A stretch of 64,000 nucleotides of DNA from a virus, in the IMG/VR virus record IMGVR_UViG_3300019776_000919, positions 32,001-96,000 of that record. One strand, 5' to 3'. The notes below the pieces were generated by a model, which was given only the letters and a program-made list of their open reading frames with translations, did not search any database and was not told the DNA's origin. The position numbers and the translations under genes are program-made. Shown in pieces: positions 17,481 through 27,134 of the stretch; the first letter of the stretch is position 1; the number at the start of each line of letters is the position of its first letter.

Positions 17481-20078
17481 TTATAGACGAGGGTCAAGGA
17501 GCTTTTCTTGCTTCATTTGACCAATCATTTTAACAACGTACATTTTCCGGTCTTCATCATTTGCAGTTAGCATGGCTGATGCTAAAGCATGTTCCTGAAT
17601 ACTTGTACGGACTTTGCCTGAAATGTTCTTTTGACGACACAGACGGAGATATCGTTCCGGACGCGTATAGTCGTAACCATACACAATCCGTAGATACTCC
17701 TCTGAGCGTACTTTTAAGAACGGCAGTTCTGAGTTAGGATCTTCAGCCTTGACTACTAACCCTTCCATACCATTCTCGATAGTAAGGACATTGAAGAATT
17801 GTTTTGCAACTTCCACTTCTTCCGGCTTGGTCGTATCTATCTTCAAATAAGCGTCTTTATTTACGCTTTTAAAGTTGATAGATTGTAGCTGCTTAGACCA
17901 ATCCGTTACTGAAGTATCTGAATTATACAACACTTTGAATGGCCTAAATTCAACCGGAGTATCTTTGGTAAACAGCGCCAATGATTGGTGGAATTTCTTC
18001 AAATCTTGTTGTCGATTCGAAACATCCATTTCAGTTGCAAATCCGGTAAGTTTACTGAATTCAGAATCTGAAGCCAACGTCGTCAATTCATGATTGACCA
18101 AAAGCCCGTATGGATAAAAGTGAGAAGTAATGAGCCCCTCACCTAATGCCATCCACGGAAGAAGTTCTCCGTCGATGATCATATCTCCATAGGTCTCCAA
18201 GTCTGACGCTCTCTTAGCGTGTTCCGATAGTAGAAATTGCTTGTATTCTTCCGGAGTTTTCCCATGCACTCCTTTAATTACCCAGCCGCCACGACTAACG
18301 GCAAACGTTTTTTCAGGTTGACCCTTGTACAAATACAGCTGGCAACGACTACCCATGTATTTGCTTTCCAACGTTACTTCCGTTACTCCCCGATTTTTAA
18401 AGAAGTTAAACGCCCCTTCGAGAGGTTCGATTTTTTCATTTGAACTAGGTGCCGGAGCCATAGTTCCAGAAATATATCGAACACCGTTTTTCATGACTTG
18501 ATCCAAGAGACGTAAATCCCTTGCCTCTAAGTCATAGTCGAGGATGTTGAATTTGTTGTCTACCAGAATACCTTTTGCAAGGTCTTTAGCAACCGAAGGA
18601 TCTTCGACCCGAGTCTTGCATTTGATTTGAATTTGACTTGCAATCTTACCGTTTTCGATAAGAACTGCGGTCAGATCCCCTCCATACACAGCACCGGTAT
18701 CTAAGAAAACCTTATTTTTAAAGTTGAGCTTTTTGAACCTATCACTTTGCATCGAGGTCACATGACCAAAAATATGCAAAGGCATACTGGCATCAGCTTC
18801 TTTATAAAGCCAATTCAGATTTTCTTGGACTGATTTTTCACGGTCTTTAATTCGATAGTTTCTTTGGGCAGTTAAAGTATTGTCGTGTACTTTACCTAGC
18901 TCAGAATTCAGGCACGGCGCATGGGTAATGTAGACGGGTAGGCTACCATCTTCTGCAAACGTGTTGATAACTGCAAAAGGAAGTGATTGCTCAAAGATCT
19001 TAAAGAACTTTTCACGATGCTCCTCACTTTTCTCCAGAACCGAAACAGACGTAAAATAGTCCTTTTCAATTTCTAGATTGGGCTCAATCATCCCTTTCAG
19101 ACGCTTATAGACATAATTTTCGTGATTACCGATAATTACTATGTCGGTAGAAATACGCCCATACATCAAATCAACCATCCGAAGAGTATCGTTACCCTTG
19201 TCAAGATAATCCCCGACATGAATGATTCGATATTCTTCCGGAATTCGACTGATCAGCAGTTGCAGTTCATCAACGCATTCGTGAGAGTCTCCAATTACTG
19301 CAAACTTAGAAATCCCATCTCCCCCGTTGTAGTTAATTTCCGAGCACTCAAATTGAAGTTCAATTTTTTGCTTGGCAATTTCAGTAAGGGCGTGATCTTC
19401 CCATACTCCAGATGCGCCTTCAAACCACCAAGAGTTGTCTCGGGGAAGATCCCAGCCAAAAGACTCTTTATATGAAATCCGTAGACGCTCATCAAAGTTT
19501 TTTGCCTTAAGAGCAGGAAGGATTTTTCGGCGGAATTTGATAACTGAATTTTCAATGATTGCTTTTTCAGATTCAGTGTCTTCCTCATGGAAGTAATCCG
19601 AGCGATTCTTGTATTCAAAAGTAACTAGAACAACTTTATAGCCGTTTTCTTTACCAATGTTGAGAACCAGTTCCCGAAATTTCTCATCCATACCTGTAGT
19701 ATCTATTACTACAATCTCAGTGGAGATGGGGAAAGATACTGCTGCCCTGTATTTAGTAATGAGAAGCTTAAAAGCTTGTTCACTTACCGCCTGCATACCT
19801 TGAGTGTATTTGCTTGATGAGGCATACGGGGACAGATTTGAAATTTTCAACAAATCTTTGCGAATACGATCAGACGAGATGACCTCCCAGGGGATCATCA
19901 TTGCATCGCTCAAATTTGCAATGTCTTCAGCAAATTGAGATTTACCAGAAGAAGTGGGTCCGCAAAGAACAAACACCGTATGCGGAACCAAATTGATCTT
20001 CGGGATCAAATTGATGGGAGGTTCTGTGTTGCTAGAAGTATCGTTTGAATTCATGGTATTTTCGCTAGTCATTATCAA
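17481..20078 (-). CDS. pnkp: Bacterial-type Pnkp (polynucleotide kinase + metallophosphoesterase + RNA ligase/adenylyltransferase)
   Basis: GPTSSGKS P-loop; IGDSH, VGDYLDKG, GNHE, GHV, LDTGAVYGG; ligase motifs ESKYMGSR, DGELLPW, EGLVVK, KVR-x-x-EYLRIVYG, terminal DPRL. Confidence 0.92.
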   Translation of the reverse strand: MIMTSENTMNSNDTSSNTEPPINLIPKINLVPHTVFVLCGPTSSGKSQFAEDIANLSDAMMIPWEVISSDRIRKDLLKISNLSPYASSSKYTQGMQAVSEQAFKLLITKYRAAVSFPISTEIVVIDTTGMDEKFRELVLNIGKENGYKVVLVTFEYKNRSDYFHEEDTESEKAIIENSVIKFRRKILPALKAKNFDERLRISYKESFGWDLPRDNSWWFEGASGVWEDHALTEIAKQKIELQFECSEINYNGGDGISKFAVIGDSHECVDELQLLISRIPEEYRIIHVGDYLDKGNDTLRMVDLMYGRISTDIVIIGNHENYVYKRLKGMIEPNLEIEKDYFTSVSVLEKSEEHREKFFKIFEQSLPFAVINTFAEDGSLPVYITHAPCLNSELGKVHDNTLTAQRNYRIKDREKSVQENLNWLYKEADASMPLHIFGHVTSMQSDRFKKLNFKNKVFLDTGAVYGGDLTAVLIENGKIASQIQIKCKTRVEDPSVAKDLAKGILVDNKFNILDYDLEARDLRLLDQVMKNGVRYISGTMAPAPSSNEKIEPLEGAFNFFKNRGVTEVTLESKYMGSRCQLYLYKGQPEKTFAVSRGGWVIKGVHGKTPEEYKQFLLSEHAKRASDLETYGDMIIDGELLPWMALGEGLITSHFYPYGLLVNHELTTLASDSEFSKLTGFATEMDVSNRQQDLKKFHQSLALFTKDTPVEFRPFKVLYNSDTSVTDWSKQLQSINFKSVNKDAYLKIDTTKPEEVEVAKQFFNVLTIENGMEGLVVKAEDPNSELPFLKVRSEEYLRIVYGYDYTRPERYLRLCRQKNISGKVRTSIQEHALASAMLTANDEDRKMYVVKMIGQMKQEKLLDPRL

Positions 20079-21376
20079 GCAACCTTTTTAAAGTGAACCA
20101 TGAATGAACAAGGTTCTGAATTTATAACATCACCTAATGCAGAAACTTCTACATCAAAATGTTTAGGCGTAGCGATTGAACTAAGAAAGTCGCTTAGATC
20201 TTTCAGATCAGGTTCCCACTTGTGGTCATCGTGTCGGAATTGACCTTCTAAACCGTAGTTGACATTGAACGCATGATTAGGCATAGTAACCACTACGTTA
20301 GTAGGGCCTTCACCGCCATTTAGAATTGCTTTAAGAATCTCGATGGATTCTTTACGATCCATGTGTTCCAATACTTCTGACAACAATACATCATTGTTTT
20401 CAGCAATAGATGGATTGGAAGATAGAAATTCCATGTCAAATCTTTGATTGATGACATCGATATTTTCAATCTTGCGTTTCTTTAAACGTAAAGAATTAAT
20501 CTCGCAAATTTCAGGATCTACTTCAAACGCCAGAATCTGTGTGTAATCTGGCGACAATTTCAAAGAGTGGGACAACTCCCCGCATCCGATATCGAGCAGG
20601 CAGTCAGATACTCCTTTAGTCGAAAGAATACTTCTGACTGCATTCAATCGCTGGTTTTGATTATTACCCATTTGGAAAGTCATAGTTGCAGTATCTAAGA
20701 TACCCAATTTTCGTGCCTCTTCAAATAAAGGCCGGTTTGTTATAGCCCGTGAAATAAACAGGTGACGCAACGCATATGGGGCATCTGCGGAATTCAAAGA
20801 TCTCAAATATTTGAATACTACTTCTTTGTTCATCGGCACATACAAAGATTCGTCACTTAAAGTAACAATGATGCAGATAATTTGAAGCGTATTGAGGACC
20901 GCCGACACTGTAGGTCCAGTGACCTTAACCTTGTGGATAAAATTACTAACGTCTTTGTTCAAAGGCGTCATTTCAATTTGACATTCACCTTTGATTTTTA
21001 GCCAATTTACAATACGAGGGTTGGCTTGAATCACAACTTCTACATAAGCAGAGTTTGCAATAGGAATATCTAATTCATTACCGAGGGCTGCGGAACGTAA
21101 AGCCTCATTAATAATTTGGATGGGTGAATAGGGACTTGCATATCGAGTCAAGTCCAGATACTCAAATTCTCCGTTTTCACTAAAAGAATTTTCTAGATCT
21201 GAGTCTTTAAACAGAATTCGAAATTCTGAATTATCCGGCTTTGAAAACCAGCCGTAAATATTACCTTTGCGAACTTGTCGTTTAAAAGGTGTTTTAGATT
21301 CTTGAATCGTAGCGGGATTCTTAGAAAGGATAAAAGAAAATTGAGGATTGGATGAACCAACGGTAAGAATCGTCAT
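20075..21376 (-). CDS. hen1: Hen1 3'-terminal RNA 2'-O-methyltransferase with N-terminal ligase-activating domain
   Basis: LLDIGCGE SAM motif, EVLEH, TMPN, FRHDDHKWE; N-terminal F-x-L-x-KNP and Y-x-D-x-x-RYAS; coupled to pnkp. Confidence 0.9.
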   Translation of the reverse strand: MTILTVGSSNPQFSFILSKNPATIQESKTPFKRQVRKGNIYGWFSKPDNSEFRILFKDSDLENSFSENGEFEYLDLTRYASPYSPIQIINEALRSAALGNELDIPIANSAYVEVVIQANPRIVNWLKIKGECQIEMTPLNKDVSNFIHKVKVTGPTVSAVLNTLQIICIIVTLSDESLYVPMNKEVVFKYLRSLNSADAPYALRHLFISRAITNRPLFEEARKLGILDTATMTFQMGNNQNQRLNAVRSILSTKGVSDCLLDIGCGELSHSLKLSPDYTQILAFEVDPEICEINSLRLKKRKIENIDVINQRFDMEFLSSNPSIAENNDVLLSEVLEHMDRKESIEILKAILNGGEGPTNVVVTMPNHAFNVNYGLEGQFRHDDHKWEPDLKDLSDFLSSIATPKHFDVEVSALGDVINSEPCSFMVHFKKVA

Positions 21377-21440
21377 GTGTGTTTCCCTATACGGGTTCCG
21401 TTGTTAAAAATAAATAACCTGGCACTACTCTTATACCAAA

Positions 21441-21818
21441 TTACAACTGATTATTGAATATGGCGTTTCTTTGTTTGACAACGCTTCTATTTAAATCTTT
21501 TAAATACTCTATCTGCCTAGCAAAATACAACTTTTTCCGTTGGCTTTTTGTAGCCAATTTTTGGTCAAAAATTTGTTGTAAAGCCTCTACTTGACGAGCA
21601 TTAAGTTTTTCTGCCTCCAGTAGATCTAGTGTGTAATGAAAGCTTTCGGCCAATGTAGAATATGCTTTACCATCTATTTCAAACCACGCATTATTAACTT
21701 CGCAATAATAACCATCTCTATTAAATTTCGGAGGTATTTCCTTGCAACACTCAAGAAGTTCCTCTTCATCTAGGTTTGTCATCCAAAATTCTAACTGAAG
21801 GACTTTTGTTTTAGGCAT
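21441..21818 (-). CDS. Hypothetical protein
   Basis: 125-aa ORF overlapping the deaminase stop. Confidence 0.5.
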   Translation of the reverse strand: MPKTKVLQLEFWMTNLDEEELLECCKEIPPKFNRDGYYCEVNNAWFEIDGKAYSTLAESFHYTLDLLEAEKLNARQVEALQQIFDQKLATKSQRKKLYFARQIEYLKDLNRSVVKQRNAIFNNQL

Positions 21819-22287
21819 TCGTATGTCTCCACACTTTAACGGTTTCAGGATCTACACAAATATAAGGTATACCAGCTTCTTTAAACATCATCTCTCCGAC
21901 TTCTATAGATGTCTGCCAATCCGAACTTAGAGATTTGCTCGTATCATCAATGATTATTTTCAAAGGACGATGCTGGATAATATTACCGGCACAGGCGGCA
22001 CAAGGTCTATGAGTTACATGAAATGTAGAATTTTCTAGGGATCCTGTGCTGAAATGAATCGCATTTAATTCCGCATGTACCATCATGAGTCGTTTAAGGT
22101 TCTTATCATTCAATCTTTCCGGCGTATCCTTTACCATCTTAGGAAAGCCGTTGAACCCTTGACCTATTACTATGTCATTTTTGGAAATGACACACCCTAC
22201 TTTTGTAGACGGGTCTTTTGACCATTGCGCTATGAATTTTGCCTGGTTTAAGTATCGAAGGCTCCAATGGGAAATCATTTCATTCAT
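21811..22287 (-). CDS. dCMP deaminase
   Basis: WSKDPSTKVG, GFNGFP, HAELNAI, PCAAC zinc motifs. Confidence 0.92.
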   Translation of the reverse strand: MNEMISHWSLRYLNQAKFIAQWSKDPSTKVGCVISKNDIVIGQGFNGFPKMVKDTPERLNDKNLKRLMMVHAELNAIHFSTGSLENSTFHVTHRPCAACAGNIIQHRPLKIIIDDTSKSLSSDWQTSIEVGEMMFKEAGIPYICVDPETVKVWRHTNA

Positions 22288-22484
22288 ACAGAATACCCTA
22301 TATCAACATTAGGTACCCCTACGATACTTTCTTTTGAGAAAATACGCCATTTACCATCCTGGAAAATTACCTTAGTTTCTTCCCCGTCCAGAATAATAAT
22401 TAACGTATCAGTTCGTTCCAGTTTTACCTTCGCCTCGGAATATCTGAGCAAAGGTAAATCCATGTCTGCAGTTGTTAAAATCAT
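22284..22484 (-). CDS. Hypothetical protein
   Basis: 66-aa ORF, ATGA-coupled. Confidence 0.45.
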   Translation of the reverse strand: MILTTADMDLPLLRYSEAKVKLERTDTLIIILDGEETKVIFQDGKWRIFSKESIVGVPNVDIGYSV

Positions 22485-22497
22485 ATTTTTTTTACGT

Positions 22498-22525
22498 AAA
22501 AAAAGCCTATTGAAATAGGCTTTTT
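22498..22525 (-). terminator. Rho-independent terminator (bidirectional form)
   Basis: AAAAAGCCTATT-GA-AATAGGCTTTTT. Confidence 0.75.
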
Positions 22526-22544
22526 AGCTTAGTCAAATATTGAC

Positions 22545-23579
22545 TTAAGCGGGCTTCTTGACGACAGGTTTACCTGCCGGTTTAGCGGAAGGCTTGGCGG
22601 CATCCGGGCCACCCCAGATTTGCCAAGCCCCGATGTTGGCGTTCTTGTTGAACGCAATGTACCGCCATGCCGGGTGCGTCTTGGGCGTTGAAGCGATGTC
22701 TTCGGCGTTGTCCAGAATGCATTTGCGGAAGCTGGCCAAAGCCTTGCCCATCGGAGAGGTAGCTGAGTAATTCGTCACCAGCATCGAACTCATGATCTGA
22801 AACGTCGGAACTCCGCTGCCCAAGGTCGGGTATGTCAGAGAATCTTGGTTCGGGTAGATCATCTTCAAGCGGGCCAGAAGTTCTGCAGGAACGGGCAGGA
22901 GCTTCAGTTCAGCCATGCGTCCCTTCAGGTTTGTCAGAACACCGGAAGGCTGAGCAGTCACCAGGATGGCGGCATCGTAGTCACCCTTCAAGACGCCGTC
23001 CACCGCTTCAGCTGAGCTTTTGACTTCGACCAGATTCATCGGCAAATTGCCAACGCTGGGGTGGGCCAACATCTTGCCCGTGACCAAGCTGCCACCGGCA
23101 GCAGCAACGGTCATGCCTTGCAGATCAGCGACGGTCTTCAAGATGATTTCTTCACCGCTCATCGAGAACTTGCCGATGGACAGTGCAACCCCGCCAACCG
23201 TGGCGACCTTCTTTTTGCCGAAATTGGCCCGGGTAATGAAGTGAGCTTGCTCGGGGAAAAGCGGCAGCAGAACCCGCAGACTTGTCAGATCACGTTGGTT
23301 GCGATTCAGCTCGGCAACGTCCATTTGAACGATGCTGACCCCGGCGTCGTTGGACAGCAAAGCATCCAGATTCGCTGAACTTCCGCTGGAAACCTTGGGG
23401 GTCACCACGTAACCGTCGCTTTTGCAGGCGGACGCTGCTTCGGTGACAAACCGAAAATAGCTGCCGGAGCTGTCACCGGTCGGTACTTCCAGCACCGTTT
23501 GGGCAAAACTGCTCATGCTCAGACCGATGCACAAAACAGCCAAGATGGCAGCAAAACCGCCATTGAAAAACTTTTTCAT
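22545..23579 (-). CDS. TAXI-family TRAP solute-binding-like secreted protein
   Basis: Signal peptide; TG-x-x-SGSY, SSGSSANL, VQMDV, LLPLFPEQAHFI, DLQGMTVA; GC-rich codons. Confidence 0.8.
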   Translation of the reverse strand: MKKFFNGGFAAILAVLCIGLSMSSFAQTVLEVPTGDSSGSYFRFVTEAASACKSDGYVVTPKVSSGSSANLDALLSNDAGVSIVQMDVAELNRNQRDLTSLRVLLPLFPEQAHFITRANFGKKKVATVGGVALSIGKFSMSGEEIILKTVADLQGMTVAAAGGSLVTGKMLAHPSVGNLPMNLVEVKSSAEAVDGVLKGDYDAAILVTAQPSGVLTNLKGRMAELKLLPVPAELLARLKMIYPNQDSLTYPTLGSGVPTFQIMSSMLVTNYSATSPMGKALASFRKCILDNAEDIASTPKTHPAWRYIAFNKNANIGAWQIWGGPDAAKPSAKPAGKPVVKKPA

Positions 23580-23585
23580 TTCGAT

Positions 23586-23747
23586 TCACTTCCTCGGGTT
23601 GTTGGCCATTTGGCCGATAGCGGAATCCATGTTGGATCCAGATTGAGTCGGGATGACGGTTTGTTTTGAACCACCTTCTTGCCCCTGAGATAGGAACAAA
23701 ACAATGGCACCGAACAAAGCCAGACCCACGGCGGTCAGAGCTTTCAT
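23586..23747 (-). CDS. Small membrane/secreted peptide (53 aa, MKALTAVGLALFGAIVLFL...)
   Basis: Read manually; GAGG RBS; fills the gap between two GC-rich genes. Confidence 0.5.
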   Translation of the reverse strand: MKALTAVGLALFGAIVLFLSQGQEGGSKQTVIPTQSGSNMDSAIGQMANNPRK

Positions 23748-23748
23748 G

Positions 23749-24567
23749 CTACCTCTTGATGGGTTGCGGTTGGTAAATTTTGCTGTCCAGCGTTTCCAGG
23801 ACCACAGGACTGCTTTGCGTCAGTGCAGGCTTTGCCCCGGGAGGTGAAGCAGTCGCAAGAGTTTTTGCACGAGCAGAATCCGTCATGACGCGTTTCATGT
23901 GGTCCAAGTTGGCAAACGAATCGGTCATTCGTTTTTGGATTGCCAGGATCGATTCATCCTGCTGGATCTTGGCAATGGCTTCCGTTTTGCCAATACGGCC
24001 AGCAAATTTCGACAGACTGTCGCTGGACTGAGTAGCCCGCCAAATAGAGTCGGCCCGCTTGATCTGCTTGGAAAATTCCACCAGACCATCTTTGGCTTCA
24101 GAAATGGCTTGGTACACCAGCTCCCGGGTTTGAACCATAGATTCCAGGTGAGCCTTGAAGGCCGCAGCATCTTCTGGATAATTGCGGGCAATTTCTGCAA
24201 CTACCGGCTTGTGAGCTTCAACTTGTCTGCTGAACTCGTTTGCCATTTCCTCGTCAGCGTTGATCTGCTGCTGAGCCTTGTTGTAAAGGTTTTGCAGAGT
24301 CTCGACCGGATTTCTTCGGCTCTCCCATTTGATGGCTTTCAGGGTGGCATTACCCACCATGATGCCAAAAACAGGAGCCATCTTCAACGCAGTCCAAGCG
24401 ACTGCGCTGGCCACCAGAAGCCCTATCAAGCCGCCAATTGCCATGAAGATAAAAGGTGCGACCATAACGCACCCGACCAAGCCTAGGACCCAAGCTATCG
24501 TGCCTGAGAATCCTGTGCTGGTCGCCCCATCGAGGGGTTTGGGAAGGAACTTTTCAGAAAAGGACAT
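23749..24567 (-). CDS. Membrane-anchored coiled-coil protein (PspA/IM30-like)
   Basis: Two TM helices then NPVETLQN and a long coiled coil; start set at MSFSEK (AGGAG RBS) because the track start lies inside tRNA-Leu. Confidence 0.6.
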   Translation of the reverse strand: MSFSEKFLPKPLDGATSTGFSGTIAWVLGLVGCVMVAPFIFMAIGGLIGLLVASAVAWTALKMAPVFGIMVGNATLKAIKWESRRNPVETLQNLYNKAQQQINADEEMANEFSRQVEAHKPVVAEIARNYPEDAAAFKAHLESMVQTRELVYQAISEAKDGLVEFSKQIKRADSIWRATQSSDSLSKFAGRIGKTEAIAKIQQDESILAIQKRMTDSFANLDHMKRVMTDSARAKTLATASPPGAKPALTQSSPVVLETLDSKIYQPQPIKR

Positions 24568-24597
24568 TGGATCTCCTATTAGTCCTTGTTTGTTAAC

Positions 24598-24682
24598 TGG
24601 TGTGGGTAGAGGGACTCGAACCCTCAAGCCTTGCGACGAGGCATTTTAAGTGCCTTGTGTTTACCGATTTCACCATACCCAC
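24598..24682 (-). tRNA. tRNA-Leu(UAA)
   Basis: GTGGGTA...AGGCA-CT-TAA-AA-TGCCT, long variable arm, GGTTCGAGTCC, TACCCAC-A-CCA. Confidence 0.95.
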
Positions 24683-25119
24683 TATGTATTTTTATAAGAT
24701 ACTTTCTTAATTACATTTTCTATTGTTTTTCTGCTAACCCCGTATTTTACAGATAGCAATGAAATGAACCCTCGTGTCTTAGGGAACGACCTTATCTCTG
24801 AAACATCTTTTTCTGAAAGTTTTGATCTACCGTTCCCAGAACCGGAAAGTTTAGACTTGTGACTTTCAGAAAGAGATATTCCTTTTGATGGTGAGAAATT
24901 TTTACGCTGCTTTTTTACGTTATCTGATTTTGACAACAACTGTAAATTAGAAATATCGTTGTTTAAACAGTTATCATCAATATGATCCACTTCCATGGCG
25001 GGATCAATTTTTACACCATGATGTTTTTCGTATAGGTAGCGTGGATATGAAACGGTCTTACCATCGATTATGATAATCAATCTACCATCTGTTCTTTGGT
25101 AAGGACCGTGCGTAGCCAT
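24682..25119 (-). CDS. Free-standing HNH homing endonuclease
   Basis: EVDHIDDNCLNNDISNLQLLSKSDN; NUMOD-like LSESHKSKLS and C-terminal HTH. Confidence 0.88.
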   Translation of the reverse strand: MATHGPYQRTDGRLIIIIDGKTVSYPRYLYEKHHGVKIDPAMEVDHIDDNCLNNDISNLQLLSKSDNVKKQRKNFSPSKGISLSESHKSKLSGSGNGRSKLSEKDVSEIRSFPKTRGFISLLSVKYGVSRKTIENVIKKVSYKNT

Positions 25120-25122
25120 TTA

Positions 25123-25395
25123 TTAATGCCCCTTTGACTTCAGTGCCAGATCTAGCATCTTGTTTTCTGCTTCCAAGGAATTGATCTTTGCTTGAAGTCT
25201 TTCAAACTCCACTGCGATAACTCGGAACCTCCTGGCGTGAACCAGAAATTCTTTTCCTTCAGGCAAGCCTGTGTACTCAGCGGCAAGCCGTTGAGATTCC
25301 AGTGCCCAATCTAAAGGCGTAATCAGAATGGATGGAATATTCTCCACCGGGGTTTCCGGAGTCAATGTCCGGCTCGTTTTTTCAGGACTTGTCAT
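25123..25395 (-). CDS. Hypothetical protein
   Basis: 90-aa ORF preceded by a sigma70-like TTGACA-N18-TACAAT at ~25404-25433. Confidence 0.55.
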   Translation of the reverse strand: MTSPEKTSRTLTPETPVENIPSILITPLDWALESQRLAAEYTGLPEGKEFLVHARRFRVIAVEFERLQAKINSLEAENKMLDLALKSKGH

Positions 25396-25665
25396 AGTCT
25401 CTTATTGTAGTGGAAATCGACAGACTTTGTCAAGCCTTATCGGAAAACAAACGGAAGGGCACAAAGACCCACGATGAGGATTGCAATCCCCTCCACGGCG
25501 AAAGGGTCTTCTTTGACCCATTGCTTGATTTGTTCGATGCGGTTCATTTGGTTTCTCCGGTTTGATTAAAGATATATCTCTGTACTAATCTTATACCATA
25601 AATTACAAATAGTATTGAATGTAAATTTAAGCTAAAGAAACGGGGCTGCCGTTTCTGAGGGAAGT

Positions 25666-26052
25666 TTAGACTTCCACAAACCCAACGTGTTTGAACACGC
25701 TCTTTTTTACTACTTGACCTTCCGGGCCGAGGGACTCTTCCGAAACCCTTTCAGAAAAAGCGTACACTGGCTTCAGGTCCAGTTCTTTACATTTAGCCTC
25801 CAGAAAAGGCATTAGGAACGGAGCCCCGCCGATCATCACTGCGGCCGTATCTAATCCTTTTTCGAAGACTTCTTGGAGGCCTAGGGAGGCGATACCCATA
25901 GCCCTCGCCGCTATCCACTTCTTCTCAGGGAGGCTCTCAAAAGATAACAACTCCTTGAGCTTTTTCAAGGAATCCCCTTCCAGGTTAATAACCCCAGCGT
26001 TGACCTGCTCAGGAGTTGCCTTGTGTTGAGTAAGATTGATAATCACTGACAT
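25666..26052 (-). CDS. Csx20-like protein (candidate cyclic-oligoadenylate ring nuclease)
   Basis: N-terminal H-x-x-T-x-EQ, central VMIGG, C-terminal PVYAFSERVSEE...G-x-VVKKSVFKHVGF resembling Csx20; has its own promoter cassette. Confidence 0.5.
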   Translation of the reverse strand: MSVIINLTQHKATPEQVNAGVINLEGDSLKKLKELLSFESLPEKKWIAARAMGIASLGLQEVFEKGLDTAAVMIGGAPFLMPFLEAKCKELDLKPVYAFSERVSEESLGPEGQVVKKSVFKHVGFVEV

Positions 26053-26346
26053 ATACCCTCATATATATGGAAAAGGAATATTCCTTCGTACTATTCTTAT
26101 ACCATTTTTCATTCTTGCAATTGAAAAAACCAAGCTAAAAACAAGGCTCACGCCTTATTTTCCACAAAGCTATCGAGCCTTATATTTCTCTTTACCAGTC
26201 CCGTCACAACCTCCGCATTTAGGGCGTCTACCGCTATCGTATCTACCGCTCCCGTTGCAAGCTACGCATGGCCTGGTTTTCCAACCATATATGTATTTTT
26301 TATAGTACTCCGTTCGATCTGCTTTTCTTTCCAAAAAGGTCATATT

Positions 26347-26796
26347 TTACGCTGGTGTCGGAGGAGTTAACAATCCCAAATCTTGGATCGCCTTAGTGTA
26401 TTTAGGGAATTTCTTAACAACAGCTTCGACTGAATAGCAGGAATCTAATTGTATTTCAGTTTCCCGTATAAGAGTACCAAATTTAACGCTTTCTTCTTCT
26501 TTTTGCCTAACTATGTCTGCCATTAAAGTTTTCAGTTCTTCAGGGACATCGTTTTCTGAAGGCCAGAAATAAATATTAGTACGTAGATTATAAGAATACA
26601 CAAACTTTTGATTTCTACCAAAATAATTACTATATTCCGGATCTTCTAGAGTTTTCTTTACGTAGTCGGGAGCTTTATTAAAGAAGTAGTCTTGCTGAAC
26701 TTTGAAAAGAATCGACTCAAAATCTGGCCTCTCTACGCCATAAATGAATTTGTTTCGGATATTTCTTCTATTGTATGAAGTTAATCTAGTTGCCAT
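26347..26796 (-). CDS. Hypothetical protein
   Basis: 149-aa ORF. Confidence 0.55.
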   Translation of the reverse strand: MATRLTSYNRRNIRNKFIYGVERPDFESILFKVQQDYFFNKAPDYVKKTLEDPEYSNYFGRNQKFVYSYNLRTNIYFWPSENDVPEELKTLMADIVRQKEEESVKFGTLIRETEIQLDSCYSVEAVVKKFPKYTKAIQDLGLLTPPTPA

Positions 26797-26804
26797 TTGT
26801 TCAG

Positions 26805-27134
26805 TTAATTATTGCGTTTGGTTAAATTATAAAGTTCATCATGAGTCGAATCCCAATACTCCATATCTACCGGAGATGGTACATATTCCGGGTCTATTAT
26901 TATATCTGTGACAATTTGTTTCCAGATCTCTAATCGTGCGGACTTACTTATAACTTGCTGAATACGTGGATGCTTAAAGTTAGGCTCTTTCTGAGATTCC
27001 TCCCAAACAGCTCGTCCAAAAGCCAAGATTACTTCTAAATCTGCACCTTTAAGTTTATCCATCCCCCATTGCGATCCGATTTTTATTAAATTCAAATCTA
27101 ACGAGTCATTGTTTATATTGCTTGTTTTTTCCAA
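26805..27134 (-). CDS. Hypothetical protein
   Basis: 109-aa ORF. Confidence 0.5.
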   Translation of the reverse strand: MEKTSNINNDSLDLNLIKIGSQWGMDKLKGADLEVILAFGRAVWEESQKEPNFKHPRIQQVISKSARLEIWKQIVTDIIIDPEYVPSPVDMEYWDSTHDELYNLTKRNN

